Position numbers and translations under genes: made by a program. A stretch of 64,000 nucleotides of DNA from Octopus bimaculoides (lineage: Eukaryota), in contig NC_069007.1 of the NCBI RefSeq assembly GCF_001194135.2, positions 10,709,536 to 10,773,535 of the forward strand, given 5' to 3'. The notes under the pieces were generated by a model that ran no database searches, was not told the origin of the DNA, and saw only the letters and a program-made list of their open reading frames with translations. Positions 9,079 through 22,021 of the stretch are shown here, one piece after another; the stretch's first letter is position 1, and each line of letters begins with the position of its first letter.

Positions 9079-10048
9079 CTAACATGTCTCACTGCAGTTT
9101 CTCTCGTGTTTCGTTAAATCGCTGTTTGTAATAAATGATTTCCCACATATATCACAATGAAAAGGTTCTTCTCCAGTGTGACTACGCTTGTGAACTACAA
9201 GCCAAGAATTCTTAGAGAAGGATTTCCCACAAATATCACAATGAAAGGCTTTTTCTCGAGTGTGTATTTGTTTGTGTATTTTTAAGTCACAGTTGGTGTT
9301 GAAATATTTCCCACAAATTCCACACTGGTAGGGTTTTTCTCCAGTGTGAATTTTCTTGTGTTTCGTTAAATCACTATCAGTGAAACAGGATTTCCCACAA
9401 ATTTCACAATGGAAAGGTTTCTCTCCCGTGTGGCTACGTTTGTGAATTGTAACATGAGAACTATTAGAAAAGGATTTCCCGCAGATGTCACAATGGAAAG
9501 GTTTTTCTCCCGTGTGACGACGTTCATGAACTACAAGATGAGAACTATGTGAGAAAGATTTCCCACAGAGGTCACAACGATAAGGTTTTTCTCCAGTATG
9601 ACTACGTTTGTGGAGAATGAAACAAAAATTCTGAGCGAAGGATTTCCCACATACGTCACAGTGAAACGGTTTTTCTCCAGTGTGTATCCTTTTGTGTGTT
9701 ACTAGGTGGTCGTTAGTGATAAAAGATTTTCCACATATTTCGCAGTGGTACGGTTTTTCTCCGGTGTGTTGTCTTTTGTGAACTATAAGATTAGATTTAT
9801 CAGAGAAAGATGTCCCACATATATCACAATGATACGGTTTTTCCCCAGTGTGTATTCTTTTGTGTCTTGCTAAATTACTGTTAGAGATGAAATATTTTCC
9901 ACACGTTTCGCAGAGGAATGGTTTTTCTCCAGTGTGTGTTCTTTTGTGTCTTGTTAATGTACCGTTAGAGACAAAAGATCGCTCACATATTTCACAGTGG
10001 AAAAGTCTTTTCGTTTCGTGCATTCTTTTGTGTGTGAAGACTTCATGT
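9079..10048 (-). CDS. Tandem C2H2 zinc-finger protein, 5' part lost in the gap; 10 complete C2H2 fingers, a terminal C2HC-like finger and the tail of a further finger
   Basis: Repeated CxxC-x12-HxxxH units with TGEKP[FY] linkers. The frame stays open upstream of the listed ATG (HEVFTHKRMH) up to the N gap at 10049. Confidence 0.95.
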
Positions 10049-11487
10049 NNNNNNNNNNNNNNNNNNNNNNNNNNNNNNNNNNNNNNNNNNNNNNNNNNNN
10101 NNNNNNNNNNNNNNNNNNNNNNNNNNNNNNNNNNNNNNNNNNNNNNNNNNNNNNNNNNNNNNNNNNNNNNNNNNNNNNNNNNNNNNNNNNNNNNNNNNNN
10201 NNNNNNNNNNNNNNNNNNNNNNNNNNNNNNNNNNNNNNNNNNNNNNNNNNNNNNNNNNNNNNNNNNNNNNNNNNNNNNNNNNNNNNNNNNNNNNNNNNNN
10301 NNNNNNNNNNNNNNNNNNNNNNNNNNNNNNNNNNNNNNNNNNNNNNNNNNNNNNNNNNNNNNNNNNNNNNNNNNNNNNNNNNNNNNNNNNNNNNNNNNNN
10401 NNNNNNNNNNNNNNNNNNNNNNNNNNNNNNNNNNNNNNNNNNNNNNNNNNNNNNNNNNNNNNNNNNNNNNNNNNNNNNNNNNNNNNNNNNNNNNNNNNNN
10501 NNNNNNNNNNNNNNNNNNTATATATATATATATATGGATCTATATATTAATCCACTCTTTCGGGTGAAATCGGCATTTTTCTACTGTAAGTTGAGATGGA
10601 ACACTCAGTTCGCAGTTGTGAAGCAGGAAAATATAACAAGGCTATTCTCTGATGTTAGAGAAAGAAAATGGTGTGTGTGTGTGTGTGTTAATTGGTTATT
10701 AAAACTTATTTACCTTGTCCTGTTAGGGAACAACCGATTGACAATGTAACGTAGTTTGTGGTGAAATATTTAATCATGCAGGCGATGGAACAACGACCTG
10801 AAATATATTGGATATAATATATTATGCACAAATATATTATTTGTGTATAATAATAGTAACATGATATAATTACTGCACAGTTAAATTAATCGAGGTCAAG
10901 AAGAAACTGGACGGTGTAATTAATAATTTTTCCCTCGTTTCATTAGTGCCGGTGTCATTAATAAGTTTTCCCTCGTCGCATTGGCGCCGGTGTCGTAAGT
11001 TAAGTTGTCCCTAACGTAATTTAATACTGAGAGAAACGCGTTTAGTTTTATCAATATCATGATAAAATTGTTTTGCAAGGTTTGGTGATGGAGAAAGAAT
11101 ACCATCATACTATAGAAACTACACTTCATACTATACAAACGATGGTAACCAATTCTTTCTTTACTACCCCCTCCATTTTCTTTTAAACTTTACAGAAATT
11201 TAACAGGAGTGGCTGTGTGGTAAGACGCTTGCTTCCCAACCATATGGTTCTGGGTTCAGTCCTACTGTATTTTGCTTTATTTAATAAAGAGGCAGGGGCA
11301 AAAAAATTTGCCAAATATTTTGGTTTGAGTAGAGCAAGATGAACTGTGCTGAGCCATTCATTATTTTATTGGATGTCATTAAACTGAAAGCTGATAAGAT
11401 GTTAAAGGTGTGTTATTTGAGAGAGATTTGGGTGTTATTACAAGTGATCACATTGAGGCCTTCCTCAGACGGTTGCCAATTTTCTTC

Positions 11488-11886
11488 TTACTCTTTTACA
11501 CGTTTCAGTCATTTGACTGTGACCATGCTGGAGCACCACTTTTAGTCAAAGAAATCAACCCCAGGACTTATTCTTTGTAAGCCTCATATTTATTCTATCA
11601 GTTTCTTTTGCCAAACCGCTAAGTTTCAGGACCATAAACACACCAACATCGGTTGTCAAGCGATGGTGGTGTGACAAACTCAGACATAAAGAAACACACA
11701 TATAAATAAATGTGCATATATACGACGGTCTTCTTTCAGTTTCTGTCTACCAAATCCACTCATAAGGCTTTGGTCAGCCCAAGGCTACAGTAGAAGACAC
11801 TTGCCCAAGGTGTCACACAGTGGGACTGAACCCGGAACCGTGTGATTGGTAAGCAAGCTTGTTACCACACAGGTATGCATGCGCCT
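11488..11886 (-). mobile_element. CORE-type tRNA SINE, family B
   Basis: tRNA-like head plus the CORE-like ACCTTGGGCAAGTGTCTTCTAC and an internal (TA)/(CA) tract. Other copies lie at 23002-23389, 26920-27340, 33660-33913, 39079-39484(+), 43617-43955(+), 46470-46797, 62955-63330 and 63355-63600. Confidence 0.8.
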
Positions 11887-12926
11887 TTTTAGATATATAT
11901 ATATTTTAGATACACTTCAAAATACAGCAATTATCCAGCAAACTTGGTGTCAGAAGTGGCCCGGAATTCTAGACTTTCTGGTTTTCTGGAGACAGCTTAA
12001 ATAGATGCTTAAAATAATAAAGATCTGAATTGTATCTAACAGATTCAAGTAAATACATTCCCAAAACAGGGTTTGTTTGATATTTATTACTCCACCTAAA
12101 ATATGCAACTGCATTTGTGGCTTTAATCAGCATGTTGAATTACGAGAATTTTTTTATTTCGAATGTACCTTCAACTGCTTTTAGCTTTCTGCTTGTCCCA
12201 CTTTCTCAGGATTGGTATGAAGAGTCACATTACCAAGAACTCCAATAACAGCATAAAAAGCTCCCATGATTGAAAGAAGAAGAGTGATTTTAGTAGATGT
12301 GTTGAGAGGAATAGATTTATTGTTATGAGAGGGTAGAGAGAATAGGAGACAGCATGGAAGGGACACTGGATCACCACTGATGAGAACATAGTTTAAGTTG
12401 TTGTTTAGAACTAGTAGGGCCCTGATTTAGCAAACCTTTAATTAAAAGTGTTGCAGTTGAGACCATTCCAACAACTCCTTAAGCATAAGATACATTTAAC
12501 TACAGCCAATGCATAAAAGGCCACTCTCTGCAGTTCACACAGTCCATGTTAAATGGGTTGAACCATCCTATTTTTATCAGGGGTATGTAAGGCTTATTTC
12601 AGAAGGTAGGGCGGTATTTGAGGGTTATTTGGCTTCTATTTCTAGAAAACTGAGTATCCTTGTTGGCTTGACATAGACTAAGCTGATGTTTAGTGAAAGG
12701 TCTGATCCAGCCGGCTTATAATCAAAAGCATTTTTTTAGCCTTGACTGTCATATATTTTTAGTAAGATTGCAGGAGTACTTAAGTATGACGAAGCTGCTA
12801 TACTTTGTCAACTTGGAGAAAGACTTCAACAGAGTCCTTCACTCTGATCTGAGATGATGAAAAGTTTATCAATACTATACTCATGCAAGCCATGTTCGAT
12901 GTTGCTATCAGCGAAGTGAAAGGCAA

Positions 12927-13600
12927 CCATTTCTTATCTACAGGCCCCTTTCATTACTATTTTATTCTGGTGGATCCCTATAGCTATTCAATGTTTAAAA
13001 ACTAGTCTTATAGAAACCACTTTCAAAATTCCTATTTTGTTATATCTGAAAAAGAAGCAAGTTCTAAAGCAGGGATTCACTACCATTTCTTATCTAGAGG
13101 CCCCTTTGATTACTGTTTTATTCTGGTGGACCCCTCATAGCCATTNNNNNNNNNNNNNNNNNNNNNNNNNNNNNNNNNNNNNNNNNNNNNNNNNNNNNNN
13201 NNNNNNNNNNNNNNNNNNNNNNNNNNNNNNNNNNNNNNNNNNNNNNNNNNNNNNNNNNNNNNNNNNNNNNNNNNNNNNNNNNNNNNNNNNNNNNNNNNNN
13301 NNNNNNNNNNNNNNNNNNNNNNNNNNNNNNNNNNNNNNNNNNNNNNNNNNNNNNNNNNNNNNNNNNTATTCTGGTGGACCCCTCATAGCCATTCAATGTT
13401 TAAAAACTAGTCTTACAGAAACTTCTTTCAAAATTCCTATTTTGTTATATCTGAAAAAGAAGCAAGTTCTAAAGCAGGGATTCACTACCATTTCTTATCT
13501 ATGGACCCCTTTGATTACTATTTTATTCTGGTGGACCCCTCATAGCTATTCGATGTTTAAAAACTAGTCTTATAGAAACTGCTTTCAAAATTCCTATTCT
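12927..13600. repeat. Tandem repeat with a 156-157-bp unit, collapsed across a gap
   Basis: CTGGTGGA recurs at 12967/13123 and 13371/13528. CCATTTCTTATCTA recurs at 12927, 13083 and 13488. Confidence 0.9.
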
Positions 13601-14395
13601 GTTTTTCACACATTAACTTGTGTAGGTTGAACTATGTAAAATGTTAGAGAAAGAAACCAAGCTATTCCTTGTAATACATAACCAATACATACATCTTAAG
13701 AATTTTTCATGGGCCCTTAAAATACTGTTGTAGACAATTTACTTTTTGGTTGCATGGACCCCAGTTGAGGACCACTGACCCAGCCCCTCCCCTGACCACT
13801 GCACCTAAGCAGAGTACCATCTTTCTTGATGACAGATGCTGCTTTTCACATTGACAGTAGATCCAATCACCTTATTTTTACACTTTTATCTTCCATCTCT
13901 AATTTTTATTCGAGGTTTTATTTTCAACCTTGAGGAAGTTCTCAGAAAATGTCAATAAGTTCAATAGTTAAGAGTGAAGTAATTAACATAGCAGGAATTG
14001 GTCCTTCATTTGAGAATGAAAGAGAGAGAATTAGTATTAGATTCATCAGTCTTCATTATGGCAATTAAACTAATCAAATTCTGGCCACAGACTTATTATT
14101 GCTGGTGTGGACAAGTTTCTGCAGATTCAGGATATTTTAGAACTAAATTTCTAATTTACAATAATACACATATTGAAGACCTTAACTGGGAGATGAGGGC
14201 CATCAATATTCTTGAACAGCACTGCTCCAAATAATGGCCAGACCAATTTTTTGCCAGTGTCACCAGTAAATCAAACATTTTCATCAAGGACATCAAGAGC
14301 AAAAGTAATCAAATTACAACATGTGAGTAACTTATTTCATGGTTGTGCCAACAATTTGTTTTAGCAACTGTTTGTGGTTTATAAAATTGAAAGTA

Positions 14396-14803
14396 CCATA
14401 AATCCTCAAGTATAATACACAGGGGATTTTTAGGGGGCTGTACCGCTGAAAAACCAAAAAACCTTGTGTATAATACTCACCCCTTCTCTAACTTGAGTCA
14501 AGGAGGTCTATACAACGTCCTTGGTTTGTAAACATATATATGGTAACATCCTTTATTATTATTGTATATATAACAATGTAAACGTGTAGCTTTTTTGTGC
14601 ACTTTGTTTGCAGAAAATAAAGAAATAACAGTAATAACGTCAGTGAAAAATAAATATTAAGTAAATTGCCTTTACATATTTATCACTTAGAAAATTTTGC
14701 TTAGAAAATATTTAAAATTTTTAACCTCGTATATAGTACGCACTAGAAATTTTCACCTTTAAATTTTGGGAAAAAAGTGCGTATTATACTCAAGGATTTA
14801 TGG
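14396..14803. mobile_element. Tc1/pogo-like MITE with TA TSD
   Basis: TIRs TA|CCATAAATCCTCAAGTATAATACAC and GCGTATTATACTCAAGGATTTATGG|TA. Confidence 0.8.
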
Positions 14804-15090
14804 TATTTTCTAAACAAAAAGCATACTTTAATAATTGCATTAGCCTAAAACAGGGGTTGCCAAAAAGAGGTCGGCGAGGAATTACAGGAGATCGATAATA
14901 GCCAAGGGATTGACATGCGAAAGAGCAGCTCACTCATATGAACTGCTTGAGACACTGAGTCAGCGCCATGCCCCTCCTTCACATTGATGTTATCACTTTC
15001 GATAAAAGATATTCCAGCAATATGATGCGTTTTACACATTTTCTAACCGTGAAAACAATTTCATAAAAATTGAAAGTTTAATGATGGATA

Positions 15091-15310
15091 CTTTTTCTAC
15101 TCTAGGTACAAGGCCTGAAATTTTGGGGGAGGAGAGGGTGGCAGTCAATTAGATCAACGCCAGTACGCAACTGGTACTTAATTTATCGACCCCGAAAGGA
15201 TGAAAGGCAACGTCAACCTTGGTGGAATTTGAACTCAGAACGTAAAGACAGACGAAATACCGCTAAGCATTTCACCCGGCGTGCTAACGATTCTGGCAGC
15301 TCGCCGCCTT
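15091..15310 (-). mobile_element. Family A SINE, near full length
   Basis: Head GGCGGCGAGCTGCCAGAATCGTTAGCACGCC on the minus strand, with a tail of type ..GCCTTGTACCTAGAGTAGAAAAAG. Confidence 0.85.
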
Positions 15311-15488
15311 TAATAATGTATACTTGTACACAAAGTTTTAAATGTAAAAAAGTGTGTCATCTTCAATAGATTTTCTTGATTTGTCATACATGTATATTTT
15401 AGCTAGCTTTTTAATTGCCAATATCAGTACCCAGTACGCATTTACGATATGGTACAGTAAGGTAGGGTATTAAGATATTTTAAATGAG

Positions 15489-15605
15489 GAAGGTGAAGTG
15501 GTTAAAGGGGGTCAATGTTGAAGGAGAATTGGCTAAAAGGGATCAATGCAGAAGGAGAAGTAGCTAAAAGGGTACAATGTGGAAGGAGAAATGGTTAAGG
15601 GAGGG
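15489..15605. repeat. 31-bp purine-rich minisatellite (about 3.8 copies)
   Basis: GAAGG(T/A)GAA..GG(T/C)TAAA.GGG..CAATG starts at 15489, 15520, 15551 and 15582. Confidence 0.85.
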
Positions 15606-16486
15606 TGACGGTCCAAAACGTTTGGTGACTCCTAGTGTAAAATATCAAACTGAAATACAAAAAGAATTTCCAACTGCAAAAAAAAACCCATATTGACTTG
15701 ATAGGTCAATATTATATTGGTTTGTTTAGCCAGATACTGCTTCTTATCAAAGGTTTGGTTGTCTGAGTCTCAGTGGGTTTCCCAACACTCTGGTACATTT
15801 CATCACTGTATCTACTCCACACAACTGTAAACAGCTATTTATTCATAGCAATGTGGACTTGTGTATAGGTTAAATTGACAATCTGTTTGGATGCAAGGAC
15901 AATGCAATATCTATGAGGCCAAACTGAAGCTGGAATACCCGTCCATAACTGTTCCTCACCTCTGAAACAGATATTCATTAGATTGTTCCATTTTTCTAAG
16001 TACGTTAATTCAGTTTTGAAATTATTATTTCTAGAGATTATCTCCCTTCTTTATTAAGATGACCTCAATCTAACCCTTCAATCGTCGAAGTATTTTTTGT
16101 TTTCTTCCGTTTGCAAAGGAAATTTTCATTTCTTTTTCAGTCAAGAAGCAACGCCCATGTGGACAGAAGAGTCGAAGATATGCTCAAACCAAAAATCTTG
16201 TTTAAATGTTTGCAACAAAGTGAACTTCACTAAAGGGACAAAAGTTTTCAGGTAGGTTAAGGTTAGGGTTAAAACAGGTAACAGAATAAGTGCCAGAGAA
16301 GTAGGCCATGATAGGATTGGAGTTCAGAATGCAAGGGAGCTGCAACAAATATTGTAAGGCAAATGGATTGCTATCATTTTGGTCAAATCCAAAAGGATGA
16401 AAAGTAAAGCTGACCACAGCTAAATTTGAACTCAGTGTACAGTGAGTCGAAACAGTAAATTAAGGATCTATGTGTGGCATTCAGTA

Positions 16487-17030
16487 CAGGGTGGTCCAAA
16501 AGACTTGTCACCACCAGTAAACGTTTTAACCCATATATGTCCATAAAAAAATGAAGTCTTAAAATTTCACTGTATTTAAACGTTATGGTAAGCTTTCGCA
16601 ATCTGGAAGAGAAGAGCAGTATGCAACTGTTAGCTACAGGTTTCGACTACCTACTGAGCATTTCATATGCTCAGTCAGATGGTGCTTCCTGGCTAGTTCA
16701 AGTCCAAACAAGTAGGAGCAGGTTTTTCACTGTGAAAATGCAACCACGGGTATATACGGGTCAATTTCCTATTATCAAGGAGAGAGTTTCACAAGAGTGA
16801 TACCAGGAAACTCAACAGGTGAAGGACGCTGTTTTGGCAACTTTTGCAACAATCACTAAAGCACAGCTTTGTAAAATATTACGCAGGACATGGTGCCGCA
16901 TCATTTTGTGCCATGAAAATGGTGTTCATACAGACCTCGATGTGCGACAGTGTCAATGAAAGCGAATATACTAGAACCAGTATTGTTCTTATTACTTTCC
17001 AGAAGTGAGTGACAAGACTTTGGAACCACA
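16487..17030 (+). mobile_element. Internally deleted Tc1/mariner element
   Basis: TA|CAGGGTGGTCCAAAAGACTTGTCAC pairs with GTGACAAGACTTTGGAACC. The transposase C-terminal relic reads ..LCHENGVHTD. Confidence 0.65.
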
Positions 17031-17595
17031 TTTAGCATTGCTTTGTCATCTAGATTTATGCCACAAGTATTTTTGAGTTATTTTCTCTGAGCTCCCTCAT
17101 TTACCCTGCTGTCACCACCACCATGCACTATGTCCATATTAGCACAGTCAACACAGAAATAGACTAAAGCACACCAACCGTCACAGGGGACAAGTAATCA
17201 GAATTAAATATGCTTCAATTCTAGAAGATCCTTACTAGTTTATGTTGGCAACAGTCAACACAATGACGTTCTTTTAGTCTTCAGACTGTAGCCATAAGTG
17301 GGGTACCACCATCACTGAGGGTATTTAGTGGATTACATTGACTGAATAGTTGGAAGACAGAAATCGTCAAGTGGATTTGAACTCAGAATGAAATCAAACA
17401 AAATACCACAAAGCATTTTATTTTACATGCTGCCATTCTGTTAATTACTGTTCTAAGAAAAAAACAAAAACACCATTTGAAGACATGAAATTTGCAGACG
17501 TGAAGGGCTTCAGTAGATCGGCAGACAGTGGTACAGAGCTCTGGTTAAATATTTTCTTTCATAACAAAAACGTGAATCAGCCTTTAGTTATTTTA

Positions 17596-18959
17596 GATCT
17601 GTTCAGTTTGGCTCACAGATTTTTTAAAATTAATTTCTTTTAACTAAACAGTTTGAAACTTCATATACTGGTGTAATTTCTCATGCAGAACAGGCTTTAC
17701 TTTGAACATTTTTGACAAAATTTCATATTCTAGAAGTTATTTCATGTTAAAGTTGTTGTATTTGGGTAATTTTGACCAATCAACAATGTATTCAGTTGAG
17801 GAAAGCTACTGCTGTTTGCGATAATAATAAAAAAGGAACAACTTTCAGGTCATCTCTACTAAATGTCACCAATCTGTTCTCATGCAATCCTTACTCTTTC
17901 CCTCTCTACTGGCAAACAGTCACTTCTACACTATCAACTACCAACCAGCGAGCGAACTTGTTACTGTCACTACAATTACCATATTTTCCACTGTATAGCC
18001 GCTGTTTTTACCTGGGGAATTTAGCGTGTGGCTTATAGAAAGGTGCGCCTAATATGTGTACTTTTTTATAAGTTTCAGGAGGAAAATAATTTGTGTATGG
18101 AGATTGACTGATTCCACTGAATTTTTCAGAGGAAAGGTTGGGTGGTGAACAATGTGAAAGACTACAGCTACAGTACATTGATGCCCAGAAGAAAACAAAG
18201 TATATTTTTGTTTAGTTTACCTTCATGTTTTGATAATGTTATTTTTAATCTAATGAAGACTTTAATATTGATGAAATGTGTTTGTTGTTGATTATAGTAA
18301 GATAAAATCATAACAATAACATCTCATAGTTGTAAAATAAGGCATTTTGAAACTACATACATGTCAACAACAAAAGAGCTAGCTGCGGACCCATAGCTCT
18401 ATAGATNNNNNNNNNNNNNNNNNNNNNNNNNNNNNNNNNNNNNNNNNNNNNNNNNNNNNNNNNNNNNNNNNNNNNNNNNNNNNNNNNNNNNNNNNNTTTC
18501 CCTCAAATTTGGCCTTGTGGCTTAAATACCACTGTTGGGCAAACAAATAAATATATGTAAATAATATTTCTTCCTTCTCAGTGTTGATTCTTCGATGTTT
18601 ACTGGTTACTCCGATGTGAGAACAAAAAAAAAGTGCGTAATAGGCAACACAGGCAGGAAACAAAAAATAAAATAGAACTGAATGGTGATATTTAGTAGAT
18701 ATGACCCATAAGTTGTTCCTCTTCGATTACTATTGCAAACAGTAGTAGCTTTCTGCAACTGAATACATGTCGTTGATTGGTTAAAATTGCCCAAATACGA
18801 CAACCTTAACACAAAATAACTTCTAAAATACGAAATTTTGTCAAAAATGTTCAAAGTGAACTCTGTTCTGCATGAGAAATTACACCAGTATACGAAGTTT
18901 CAAACTGTTTAGTTAAAAACAATTAATTAAAAAAGTCTATGAGCCAAACTGAACAGATC
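17596..18959. mobile_element. Non-autonomous element with long TIRs (about 290 bp)
   Basis: 17596-17880 is the reverse complement of 18675-18959 (GATCTGTTCAGTTTGGCTCA..AAACAGTTTGAAACTTC..). It contains a pogo-like relic and a gap. Confidence 0.8.
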
Positions 18960-19975
18960 CATTATTTTTTTAAAAATCAAATTAAAAGAGCAATTATGAC
19001 AAAGAAGGACTGTGGTGAACTACACAGCTCCTGGTTTCAAATTGAGTTCTGAAGTAGCATTTTCTCACTTGAGAGAGATACTGTATGCAGCATGCCACTT
19101 CAATTATACAGATGAAAATTTTAAAAAATAAGAAATTGTGATACTAAAATGGAGATAGATAGAAAAAAAACAAATAATTTTTAAAACTTTTTATTATATT
19201 TTGAGTGTGTACATATACACATGCACACACATATTTGTATGTAGATTATCATTATTTTTACATTAAATGTTATGTTATACATCTGTGTGGGTGTCTCTAT
19301 ATATACACACACACACACACACACAACCAAATAATACTAGGTGAAAATTCATATATACATAGATTAGGTAACAACTGTCATGTAAGACAAGATTTAAAAT
19401 ACACACATGGATGTGTGGGTGTTTGTGTGTGTGTGAGTGTGTATGAGTGTGTGCGCGCACACGCAAGTCCTACCTGTGCCTTCTAAATTTGCCACACCAC
19501 GTATCACTTATATAAAATCACCCTCCCACCCCAAAGCCTCATTCTTTTCTTTCCCTTCCCACCACTCCCAGAGGAATCAGTTAGCACAGAAGGTGTGGGA
19601 GAGGACAGTGCAGGATGAGACAGCTGGAAAAAATGTGATAGTGGAAAGAAAGACAGAATGCAAAAAAAAAAAAAAAAAAAAAAATGTTCTTTACAACCTG
19701 TTGGTGGTAGCGAGGAGGAAGAGGGGAAAAAACAGTTTAAAAAGAAAAATACATTTTGCCCACCCAACCAATAAGATGCCATCATCCACATTTTTAATAA
19801 GCACACCTCTTCATCTATTTGTTACTGTTAAGTATCTGGAGGTGGTGTTAATAATAGGTTTAGGGTGAGTGAGTGGAGTGGTGCGAGCTGGAAGAAGTTG
19901 GTTTAGCTCCACCCTACCAGCTTTTTTTTTCTTTTTTTTTCATTCCTCCCCACTTCTTTTTTTGCTTCTTCTTCT

Positions 19976-20111
19976 TCAGTACTTGTTGATGCCAAACAAC
20001 CGTACACCATGGAACTGGGGTAATTTTGGAATAAGGTTCAGTGCAAGAACAAATGCATTGACAAGAAAATGGTAAGTGTCGTATTTTGTATAAAAACTGG
20101 CCAGGAAAAAT
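19976..20111 (-). CDS. ORMDL: ORMDL coding exon 3 (last exon; [25 protein letters not shown])
   Basis: A pyrimidine tract and ttctag acceptor precede the exon. It encodes the diagnostic ORMDL C-terminus, ends in TGA at 19976-19978, and its phase matches the previous exon (TT+A = Leu). Confidence 0.97.
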
Positions 20112-21789
20112 CTAGAAATGGAAAGAGAAAGAAATTAATGGAAGCTTACAACAACAGGAATAGTTTCTAACATAAGAAACATGGCCAAAATATTTTAGCA
20201 GGGAAATGGATGGGTAGTTGATTAAACTGATCATTCTCCACTTAAACCATTTTAGTAGAAGGAGAAAAATCATATACCTTAGCAAAAAGGGGAGAAAGAA
20301 AAAAAAAAAACATATGGCCAAGACAAAGACGGTATCTTTTTGGTAGCTTATCTTCTGAAAGGGTTTCTGCCATCCTCAATGGAAGAATCTGAAAGAGCTT
20401 GATCAATACAAGAACCTTGGTGCTACCTTCACTGTTACAGACCAGCATAAAGATGAAATAGAGGTCTGCATCAACCAGGCATTATAGTCTATTCTTTCAC
20501 CTTCAATGGTGGCTCTGGAGATGACAGGATGCACAACATGTATGGCTGGGGATGAAGATAGCCACAAAAATTTATCCACTGAGCACTTGTTTATACCATC
20601 CTCTTGTAGGGCCATCAACAGATGTCAAATTCTCAATGATACAGAATTGCCAGTGTAACGTAGCTAGCAAAGACAGAGAACTTATACAAAATGGAAGTAT
20701 TTAATCACTTTTATCTTTGCCAAATTTTCTTTGTTCATACTTTGACATTTGTGTCAAACTCTGTAAGAGTGATTCTTTTTAATAACTCAAGCCATTTCTG
20801 TTGATTTGATCAGCATTCCACCATCCACAGAGTGAACTCATCTGCTTTGATATTGTGCAAGAGACTCTCCTGCTCTAGTATAAATGGCAGGGCAGAGAGT
20901 AGAAAATGTGAATTAGTATGACTCAGTCAGATCTTGACATATCTGGTCCTTGTCTGTAAAGCATCTGCTGATGGAATGCTTCAATTTCACTGGTTGGAGA
21001 TGGTTCAGCTCTTACAAGCTGGATGCTGACAGAAGTACAAAATATTGACAGTGAAAATACATCAAATATCAAACAACTTGGTCAGAAAACATATTAGATA
21101 TAAAAAATAACAACAATCTCTAATGTAGGCACAAAGTCAAATATTTAAAGGAAGGGAACAATTATAAAACCAAGACTTGGCTGGTACTCTATCTTATTAT
21201 CTCTGAAAGGATGGAAGGGCAACTTTGTTTTCCATTGCTCTGAGACCGAAAAATAATTACTGGTCAAGAGTGGAGGTGAGCTTGATATAATTTCACTGTT
21301 TCCTTTCCACTAAATTTCAGGTTTCTACCTATGTTGAAAAGAACAATTTTTAATTTCAGCACAAGGCCAGCAGCTTTGAGGCGAGAGGGTTAGCCCATTA
21401 CACTGAACCCAATATTAACTGGTACTTTATTTTTATCAACCTCACCACCAGAAATATAAAACAAAGTTAACTGGCAAGATTTGAACACAACTGTCAAGGG
21501 GCATAACTTAGTGGCTGATGTCATTTTACTTCCGACAGCCTATAATTAAGATCTGTAGTGAACAGGATGGTTGCAGCGAGAACTGTTTTGATCACAAATT
21601 GTGGAATTAGGTAAATGGAAACTGTGCAGAAACCCATCTTGTATATTATAGGTTTTGCTTTCCATGCCTACACGGGTTGGTCAAGTTCTAACATTTGCAT
21701 TCTTTGGTTATTTTCTTCAACGAAGTTCAACATCCTGAAATTTGCTTTCACCACATCATCTCTCTTACATACCACATCTGATTCCTCTT

Positions 21790-21915
21790 ATACCCAGTTT
21801 ATCCCTCAGTTCATCTGTATTAAGTCGCTTGTGCACACCATCCAACAGCAGAACCCGTCTGCTTCATTTCTCTCCGACGTTTACACATCTACATTCAATG
21901 CTTATGCAACATAGA
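21790..21915 (-). mobile_element. RTE-clade LINE 3' relic, adjacent to a mariner-type end at about 21563-21790
   Basis: Translation ..VHKRLNTDELRDKLGIRGIRCG matches the relic at 30480-30960. Confidence 0.55.
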
Positions 21916-22021
21916 ATCTAATCTCAACCTAAAACAGAATCCTTTTATTGCCAGCAGGGATAATAACTCTGAATTTTCTGCTTTCTTCTTATTCTGGGAG
22001 CAAACAGAGAAAGATAAAGTA

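Noticed and set aside
9848-10749. Long ORFs containing X runs (also at 13037-13567, 50730-51113 and 51667-52435)
   Set aside because: They are artefacts of translating through N gaps.
12181-12366. Hydrophobic 61-aa minus-strand ORF (..LLLSIMGAFYAVIGVLG..)
   Set aside because: It has no recognisable family, no convincing splice context and a GTG-type start.
14845-15039. 64-aa minus-strand ORF in CpG-containing sequence
   Set aside because: The region begins with the hAT-like terminus CAGGGGTTGCCAAA, so it is more likely transposon-derived.
20280-21010. Coding-looking sequence in the last ORMDL intron
   Set aside because: All frames have stops and I could not assign a motif. It is probably an old TE.
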